Virus record (IMG/VR): IMGVR_UViG_3300025450_000020
Span: 1 to 64,000 of that record
Length of the DNA stretch: 64,000 nt
Origin: a virus
Direction: 5' to 3' (one strand)
Every line of letters begins with the position of its first letter. Position 1 is the stretch's first letter. The position numbers and the translations under genes are program-made. This document shows, piece after piece, positions 57,750 to 64,000 of this stretch. The notes beneath the pieces were generated by a model. The model saw nothing but the letters and a program-made list of their open reading frames with translations. It did not search any database and was not told the DNA's origin.

Positions 57750-58634
57750 ATGGTAACAACAGTTCCAGTAACACAACAGCAAAAAACTGTAACCGCCTCA
57801 CCAGGCGATAATGTTGTTATTCTTGTAAGAGCTAAACAAGGCAATTCTTATTCAGACTGGGCTTCACTGCCATATACCGTCCCATCAACTTCACAATCAG
57901 GTGCAAATCTTACTACTACAAACTCATCTACAGATATTAAATTAAATGGTGGATCATTATATGCAGGATCATTCCCAGGAACTACGGTAGGAACATTTAA
58001 TGTTGTTTCAGGTTCAACAACAGGCACGGGAATTATTTTAAACAGCACGGGCATAGCTGGATTTGCAAACGGATCTAAAAAGTTTTATATAGATGCCTCT
58101 ACTGGTAACGCATACTTTGGAGGTACTCTAAATGCAGCATCAGGAACTTTTACAGGTACTTTATCTGGAGCTTCGGGAACATTTACGGGTACTATTTCTG
58201 CTTCAACAATTACTGGTTCAACAATTTCTGGATCTATACTCAGCACAAATCCTGTAACTTATACAGGACAAACAATAAATAATTATATTTATATACATAA
58301 CGGACCCACAGCAGGACAAATAGATTTTTACAACAACGGTTCAGCAATAACCTCTATGTATGGTTTATCAAGTCAATTTTTTATAAGTGGGCCAGTTCCT
58401 ACCACTGTAGATTCTTATACAAACGCAAATATTACGCTTGCGGCATCAAATATTTCAATAGGATATATAGGAAGTTCAATTCTTAATAATTTAAATATAA
58501 GCGGAACTACAAAAACAGTTTCTCTAACATTTTCAACAGGTTCTTCTTACAATGGTTTAAGAAATATATCTGTTGTTTCTTCTTCATCCCCCGCCCCTTC
58601 AGGATATGATGGAGACATATATGTTACTTACTAG
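57750..58634 (+). CDS. minor tail/fibre protein
   Basis: FYIDA.TGNA.F.G and GTFTG repeats; P.G.DGDI.V.Y tail. Confidence 0.65.
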   Translation: MVTTVPVTQQQKTVTASPGDNVVILVRAKQGNSYSDWASLPYTVPSTSQSGANLTTTNSSTDIKLNGGSLYAGSFPGTTVGTFNVVSGSTTGTGIILNSTGIAGFANGSKKFYIDASTGNAYFGGTLNAASGTFTGTLSGASGTFTGTISASTITGSTISGSILSTNPVTYTGQTINNYIYIHNGPTAGQIDFYNNGSAITSMYGLSSQFFISGPVPTTVDSYTNANITLAASNISIGYIGSSILNNLNISGTTKTVSLTFSTGSSYNGLRNISVVSSSSPAPSGYDGDIYVTY

Positions 58635-58642
58635 GGAATAAA

Positions 58643-60298
58643 ATGGCAGCCAATATATTTTCAAATAATACATGGAATACTGTTAAGAATATTTATGTTT
58701 ATATTAAAAATTCAACGCTGGATGGTTGGCAAACTGTTAAAAAAGGTTATGTTTTTATTTCAAATCAATGGCAACTATTTTATACTTCTTATAATGGCCC
58801 AACACAATTAACAAAACCTACAATATCAGGAACAGGTGCATCACTTTCAAGCGTTACTGGCACAGCTGGAACTTATCAATCTGGAACATATATATCAAAA
58901 ACTTCTTATATAGGAGTTACCACATCTTCTTCTCCGCAAACAGATGGATTGACAACTTCCTCGCTTGGATCAGAATCTACAAACCCATATACAATTACAC
59001 AGTCTGATGCCACAACTCCATCGTATATTTTTTATTATGTTGACGCAGTAACTGGCAATGATTCTAAAACTTATTATTATTATAGTTCATCAATACCATC
59101 ATATATAGGTTCAATTTCTGACAACTATAATAGATCCGTGTCTGCTGGCCTAGGAACAGGTTCGGGTGGATATATATATAATCTTTCTAATTTAAATTCA
59201 ACATGGTCAACAGCACAGATTAGTGGAACAAATTATGCTGCTAATCATACAAGACCAGCATCGGGAGCAACTCCCGCAAACTACCCATTAGAAGCCATAG
59301 AATTAACTGGCAAAACTGATATTACAGCACAAATAGATATTCCATATGATGGATCTGGGCCAGGAATTTTATTTTGGGCGGCAAGTGGAACGCAATGGTG
59401 GGCTGCATCTTCAATTAATGGTACATATTCAACAACAACATACACTTGTAGCCCAGGTTCTTACACCTATTATAATTGTGGAACTTCGGGTTCAACAACA
59501 GTATCAGATTGCCTTGGGCCAGCTGTTAATTATTTTGGTACAACTCAATCTGCTGCCACTTCAAGCGCAACAACATATTGTCATGGATGCTCAGTAACTC
59601 CAGGAGGACTGTATTCTTCTCAAACAACTTATGCTTGTGGTCCTTCTCAAAGAGCTTATACTGGTTCTCAAACAGTTGTAACAACAATTGATTCTTCAAC
59701 TGTAGGTCAACCTTGCCAATTTGCTTCTTCAAATTATCCAACATTTTATTACTATATAGTTGTTGCAACTACAACAAATACTTATTCATCATCTTGTAAT
59801 TATGAATCATATTCAGTATCAACATGTAGCGGAAGTTCGGCGTATTCAAACAATACTACAAGTGGAACTTGCAATTGCAGTGCACCACAAACAGGAAGCA
59901 ACTGTTCGGGATCTACAATATATACAGATTCAGGAGGCACGGGATGCGGGTCTTGTGGAGTAACCACTGGAACTGGTACAGCATACTATACTGATTTAGT
60001 AATTTATTCAGCAAATGGTTCATCTGTTTCTTCTATGGCTACTTCGTCTAGCCACATAGCTACAAGTTTTTCAGGGTATAGTTCAATTGATGTCGGAAGA
60101 CTTAAAGTTGTTACATCAGGAAATAGTATTGTGGTTTCTGCATATGATAGCTCTCTTACAAATCAGCTTGGAACTTTAAGTTATACAGCGTCATCTCCAA
60201 CAAAAAAGTCTGCAAATGGTTCATCGTATGCTGGTATAATTATAACTCCAAGTTCAAATGACGGTTCAATTTGGGCAGATAATCTTTCAATACAGTAG
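58643..60298 (+). CDS. putative receptor-binding tail protein with a Cys-rich insert
   Basis: W..VK..YV.....W N-terminal repeats; 14 Cys within about 170 aa. Confidence 0.6.
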   Translation: MAANIFSNNTWNTVKNIYVYIKNSTLDGWQTVKKGYVFISNQWQLFYTSYNGPTQLTKPTISGTGASLSSVTGTAGTYQSGTYISKTSYIGVTTSSSPQTDGLTTSSLGSESTNPYTITQSDATTPSYIFYYVDAVTGNDSKTYYYYSSSIPSYIGSISDNYNRSVSAGLGTGSGGYIYNLSNLNSTWSTAQISGTNYAANHTRPASGATPANYPLEAIELTGKTDITAQIDIPYDGSGPGILFWAASGTQWWAASSINGTYSTTTYTCSPGSYTYYNCGTSGSTTVSDCLGPAVNYFGTTQSAATSSATTYCHGCSVTPGGLYSSQTTYACGPSQRAYTGSQTVVTTIDSSTVGQPCQFASSNYPTFYYYIVVATTTNTYSSSCNYESYSVSTCSGSSAYSNNTTSGTCNCSAPQTGSNCSGSTIYTDSGGTGCGSCGVTTGTGTAYYTDLVIYSANGSSVSSMATSSSHIATSFSGYSSIDVGRLKVVTSGNSIVVSAYDSSLTNQLGTLSYTASSPTKKSANGSSYAGIIITPSSNDGSIWADNLSIQ

Positions 60299-60343
60299 AC
60301 AGAAATACGCTAATAGTGTATAATGAATAAAAAGGAGAAATAA

Positions 60344-60577
60344 ATGGTTGATAATGTTACACAAAATAATTTAACACCTATTAAAATAGCTTATGTTTTG
60401 GATGGCAAGGTAGTTGATATTTTGCATACGGACGAAAGACTTTCTGCAATATTTATGAGTAATCCAATAATCATTGATGTCACCACTCAGTTTGATGCTG
60501 ATAATTCTTCTGTAAGAATTGGAATGTACTATGATCAAGCCACAGGAACCTTTTCTGAGCCTACAACAGGAGCTTAA
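60344..60577 (+). CDS. hypothetical protein (possible fibre chaperone)
   Basis: AAGGAG SD; promoter at about 60317-60324. Confidence 0.7.
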   Translation: MVDNVTQNNLTPIKIAYVLDGKVVDILHTDERLSAIFMSNPIIIDVTTQFDADNSSVRIGMYYDQATGTFSEPTTGA

Positions 60578-60580
60578 TTA

Positions 60581-60868
60581 ATGTCTGAAAAAACACCATG
60601 GCAATTATGGAAAGAAAAAAATGAAGGCGACTCTGTAAGACCTTGGGACTTAATAAATCCAAACATTGCTAATGTGCCAAATGATGTTTTTGAACATAGA
60701 TTTGAAATTTGCAAGAATTGTCCATCTTTAATTAAATTGACAAATCAATGCAAAAAATGTGGATGTTTTATGAATGCAAAAGCTAAGCTTCCACATGCTA
60801 CTTGTCCAATTGGAAAATGGGGAGCATTCCATGATGTTCCAGACATGATATCGGAGGAAGAAAACTAA
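60581..60868 (+). CDS. Cys-rich small protein (R..IC..C...C..CGC...K...CP..KW)
   Basis: Conserved Cys pattern. Confidence 0.7.
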   Translation: MSEKTPWQLWKEKNEGDSVRPWDLINPNIANVPNDVFEHRFEICKNCPSLIKLTNQCKKCGCFMNAKAKLPHATCPIGKWGAFHDVPDMISEEEN

Positions 60869-61083
60869 TGGAATTGACGAATCAAGAAAAGATAGATATA
60901 ATTAATCAGCACTACAAATCTTCTATGCAGAATGCTTTTGATATTCAACTAAGAATTATTGAAGAGAACGCACTAGAAAATCCAAATCAAGACACAATCA
61001 ATGCTTTGAATAACAATCTTAATGTTGAGATTGCAAAACAAAAAGCTCTTGATGAACAGCTTTTATCTTTACAAAATAACTAA
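60868..61083 (+). CDS. hypothetical coiled-coil protein
   Basis: GGAGG SD; TAATG coupling. Confidence 0.65.
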   Translation: MELTNQEKIDIINQHYKSSMQNAFDIQLRIIEENALENPNQDTINALNNNLNVEIAKQKALDEQLLSLQNN

Positions 61084-61090
61084 GGAAAAA

Positions 61091-61261
61091 ATGGAAAAAT
61101 CAGAATTGATTATCGCTGCTTTAAAAGAGCGTATATCTCAAATGGCTGGAGATCATGCTATTGAAATAGCATTATTAAGAGCAGAAATTACAGAGTTAAT
61201 GGATAAGCAAAAGGCTAAAGATGAATATTCCAAGACTATTTCAGAAATCACTTCCCAGTAA
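61091..61261 (+). CDS. hypothetical protein
   Basis: Start moved to ATG 61091 after AAGGA. Confidence 0.6.
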   Translation: MEKSELIIAALKERISQMAGDHAIEIALLRAEITELMDKQKAKDEYSKTISEITSQ

Positions 61262-61631
61262 AAATTATAATCCTTTGGTTCCAAGTGGGTTAATTGCCCA
61301 TACAGACAAGGGTTATTTTTATATTAAGGGTAATAAGAAGTTTAAGTTTGTGTCTGAGAGGGCCATGCTTTCTTGGTCCCTGCCCATTGTTAAAACAAAT
61401 GACAATATGTTAAGCAAGCTTATGACTGCAGGAACATTAGGATTCAGAGACGGCACTTTGGTCAAGGACATCTCAGATGGTAAAATATATCTTATAAGCG
61501 ATTCAAAAAGACGCCACATCATAGAACCAGATGTGCTAGAATGGATTGAAGCGAATATAATCAAGGCGGGACAAAAAGAGATTCTTGTCCATACAGAAGG
61601 AGAACCACTAGATGGCAGCAATAACAACTGA
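61221..61631 (+). CDS. hypothetical protein
   Basis: ORF track; GFRDG.L......G.IY.IS..K.RHI. Confidence 0.7.
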   Translation: MNIPRLFQKSLPSKNYNPLVPSGLIAHTDKGYFYIKGNKKFKFVSERAMLSWSLPIVKTNDNMLSKLMTAGTLGFRDGTLVKDISDGKIYLISDSKRRHIIEPDVLEWIEANIIKAGQKEILVHTEGEPLDGSNNN

Positions 61632-62049
61632 TAATGCAATTATTGACTATAATACTATTACCAACATTGTCAACACCTTAAATACCCATGAGGATGTATT
61701 TACAGCATTTCAGCAACAGGCACTTGTGGTATCAGCAGATCAAACAAGCAATACAATCAATAACCTTCTTGTAAGTGGAACACAAATTGCATGTGTAAGA
61801 ATACAGATTCCAGCGGGATTCACTGGAAAAGCAGTAACCCTTAATCAAGCATTTAGTAATCCACCTATTATTTCAATAGCTGTTGAAACAAGTTCAACAA
61901 CAGCAGTATATGTTCCACAATTTAGTTTTCAAGCAAATGCGGCAAACAGCTCATACAATATAATTAATGTATCTGTAGTTAATCCTCTTAGAACTTATGA
62001 TACAACCCCAGTTGTTCTCCACATAACTGCGATCGGACAAAAGCAGTAA
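61612..62049 (+). CDS. putative virion protein with H-type-lectin/gp53-like C-terminus
   Basis: AFSNPP.I....,V..IAIG-type ending. Confidence 0.5.
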   Translation: MAAITTDNAIIDYNTITNIVNTLNTHEDVFTAFQQQALVVSADQTSNTINNLLVSGTQIACVRIQIPAGFTGKAVTLNQAFSNPPIISIAVETSSTTAVYVPQFSFQANAANSSYNIINVSVVNPLRTYDTTPVVLHITAIGQKQ

Positions 62050-62050
62050 A

Positions 62051-62311
62051 ATGTACGAGCCTATCAAGTTTTGGACAAAACGAGATAGAAGAATTAGCAA
62101 AGAAGGTTATGTTTTGATTAAAGTTCCAGAGCACCCAAAGAATTTTAAGGGTTGGTATTATGAGCATCGCCTTATTATAGAAAAACAATTAAATAGAATA
62201 ATTAATGATTGGGAAACCATTCATCATATAAATAACGACAAGAAAGATAATAGATTAATTAATCTATTTTTATGTTCAAGATTGGAACATAACAAAGCAC
62301 ACGTTGCTTGA
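62051..62311 (+). CDS. HNH endonuclease
   Basis: EHRLI.E..L.R......IHHIN.DK.DNR..NL......H...H. Confidence 0.85.
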   Translation: MYEPIKFWTKRDRRISKEGYVLIKVPEHPKNFKGWYYEHRLIIEKQLNRIINDWETIHHINNDKKDNRLINLFLCSRLEHNKAHVA

Positions 62312-62337
62312 CAAAAAACAATAGCATACGCTACAAT
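62308..62337 (+). promoter_or_regulatory. promoter TTGACA-N18-TACAAT
   Basis: Near-consensus sigma70 promoter. Confidence 0.65.
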
Positions 62338-62362
62338 TAACTAAACCTAAACAAAGGATTAT

Positions 62363-63118
62363 ATGAACGATTTAAAATGGATGATGGTGTCGGATATTCA
62401 TTTCCCCCGCCACGATGCAAGAAAGGTAGAACTCTTCATGAAGGTTATGAAGTGGTTCAAACCAGATGCAGTTGACCTACTTGGCGACATTGATGATGCT
62501 GATTCAACATCTCGTTGGGCTGCAGAATACCCTGCAGAATTTTCTATTCCCGTATCTGACGGTGGAGTTACAGGCACAAGAGATTTTCTTGCTGACCTAA
62601 GACAAACGTCGGGAGCTAATGCAGAACTACATTTTCATGACGGTAACCACGGCTGGACAAGACATGGCGATTATCTTGCAAAGAAAGCTCCAGCATTCCT
62701 AGAATTCATTACGCCTGATTCACTCTATGAATATAAAAAGCATGGCATTCACTGGCACGAATATAACGAGCCTCCTGTGAAACGTTATGGTGATATGTAT
62801 GGTCATCATGGTGAGTCCATTTCCAAACACTCTGGAGAATCAGTACGTAATGACGTAAACAACTGGGGGGTATCCCTAGTACGTGGACATTCTCATCGTA
62901 TGGGTGCCTATTATCAAACATACAACATCACGGGGCAAGAGCTTCGTGGGTATGAGATAGGTCATCTTTGCGACGAGGACAAGATGGATTATTCCATCCA
63001 AAAGAATTGGCAGGCAGGATTTGCAGTGGCACACGTTGTCAATGATTATCCACATATGCAGCTAATTCAAATTCATGACTACACTTGTGTAGTTGACGGT
63101 AAAATTTTTACCGCATAA
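62363..63118 (+). CDS. calcineurin-like metallophosphoesterase
   Basis: SDIH, LGD..D, GNH, HHG, GHSH motifs. Confidence 0.88.
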   Translation: MNDLKWMMVSDIHFPRHDARKVELFMKVMKWFKPDAVDLLGDIDDADSTSRWAAEYPAEFSIPVSDGGVTGTRDFLADLRQTSGANAELHFHDGNHGWTRHGDYLAKKAPAFLEFITPDSLYEYKKHGIHWHEYNEPPVKRYGDMYGHHGESISKHSGESVRNDVNNWGVSLVRGHSHRMGAYYQTYNITGQELRGYEIGHLCDEDKMDYSIQKNWQAGFAVAHVVNDYPHMQLIQIHDYTCVVDGKIFTA

Positions 63119-63135
63119 CCTATAAGGAGAAATAA

Positions 63136-63315
63136 ATGAACGCAAAGCGTAAGGCTCTTGTAGAGCACTATGTATATGCAACAGCTGCAGCAGCAGTGGC
63201 AATTTGGCAGGGTGGAAATCACGATGTCAAGAAGGTAGCATGGGCAGCACTCGTTGGTGTACTTGGTCCAGTTTTGAAGGCTACCATTGATCACTTCAAC
63301 GCACCAGCAAAGTAA
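63136..63315 (+). CDS. small membrane protein, holin-like (59 aa; not in ORF track)
   Basis: MNAKRKALVEHYVYATAAAAVAIW...AWAALVGVLGPVLKA; AAGGAG SD. Confidence 0.65.
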   Translation: MNAKRKALVEHYVYATAAAAVAIWQGGNHDVKKVAWAALVGVLGPVLKATIDHFNAPAK

Positions 63316-63335
63316 GTAATATATACAACTAAATA

Positions 63336-63521
63336 ATGCTGAATTGTAAAAAATGTACAGGACGAGTATTCGTTGACAGAGTTTATTCCCAGAACCTGCG
63401 GGTTGAATTGTTCTGTGTAATGTGTGGGAAAAGATGGATGGTCAAGAGAGATAATAGGTTTGGTTCATGGGTAGCAAGACAAGAGGAAATTCTGCAACAC
63501 GGTTACGGTATTTCTATCTAA
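63336..63521 (+). CDS. zinc-ribbon protein
   Basis: CKKC.GR.F.DR...FCVMCGKR. Confidence 0.75.
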   Translation: MLNCKKCTGRVFVDRVYSQNLRVELFCVMCGKRWMVKRDNRFGSWVARQEEILQHGYGISI

Positions 63522-63982
63522 ACGATAAGTTGCATAAAGTTTTGCGTCGCTCACGTGCCGAGGACCTAGTTGTCGCTTGGGATTACCAGTTGGGTAAGCG
63601 TGTTGCTTATAGTTTGGCTGATGTCAACAAAAATAAACAATACGCTTACTCCATCAAAGAGGTATGCAAGTTAATAGGAAAGCATGAAGATACTATTAAG
63701 TGGCATTTGTATAGAGGTGATTTAAGATTCCCTCAAAGAATTTATTCTCTTAATGGTAAGAAAACTCCAGGGAAGTACTTTTGGAGCGAAGATAATATTA
63801 GAGAGATGCATGATTTTTTTAAGACGGTTCATAGAGGTAGACCACGCAACGATGGCGGGATTACCCCAGGAGACATGCCGTCTAGAGCAGAATTAGAAGC
63901 AATGATGAAACAAGAAAACATTTTATATGTTAAAAATAGCGATGGGGAATTTGTCCCAGTTTGGAAAGCACCAGAATGGTAA
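63467..63982 (+). CDS. MerR-like helix-turn-helix DNA-binding protein
   Basis: YS.KEV.KLIG.H..TI......G...P......W...I; GRPR AT-hook-like motif. Confidence 0.65.
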   Translation: MGSKTRGNSATRLRYFYLNDKLHKVLRRSRAEDLVVAWDYQLGKRVAYSLADVNKNKQYAYSIKEVCKLIGKHEDTIKWHLYRGDLRFPQRIYSLNGKKTPGKYFWSEDNIREMHDFFKTVHRGRPRNDGGITPGDMPSRAELEAMMKQENILYVKNSDGEFVPVWKAPEW

Positions 63983-64000
63983 ATAAGTCTGACAAAGATG

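Noticed and set aside
1-64000. tRNA genes, stop-codon recoding, integrase, terminase, tail sheath
   Set aside because: No cloverleaf was recognised by eye, long genes are intact in the standard code, and no such motifs were seen; they may lie outside the window.

Overview
This 64-kb window is part of a large, AT-rich (roughly 35-40% GC by eye) tailed dsDNA phage genome. It is most likely a siphovirus of an actinobacterial host. That call is an inference from the Rpf/transglycosylase-like gene, extended -10 and leaderless promoters, CRP/GlxR-like boxes, and a gene order reminiscent of large Streptomyces and freshwater actinophages. Layout: (1) 1-3100, a leftward cluster of tiny early-type genes driven by a repeated promoter architecture and carrying two copies of a covarying RNA pseudoknot. 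(2) 3139-4091, tandem endonuclease-VII-like genes. (3) 4088-7319, leftward accessory genes, including a permuted papain-like amidase and a lytic-transglycosylase-like gene with a ~97% AT island. (4) 7394-11948, glycosyltransferase, class II ribonucleotide reductase, GH130-like propeller and TPR genes. (5) 11989-30502, a collagen-like fibre plus a triplicated cassette of paralogous glycine-rich virion proteins. (6) 30854-62049, portal, endolysin/holin, protease-scaffold, major capsid, neck, major tail, frameshifted tail chaperone, tape measure and tail-tip genes. (7) 62051-64000, HNH, metallophosphoesterase and HTH genes. The most striking unexplained signal is a window-wide, orientation-independent enrichment of the GC-rich word GGCGGGA/TCCCGCC. 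No tRNA, CRISPR array, integrase, terminase or reverse transcriptase was seen.
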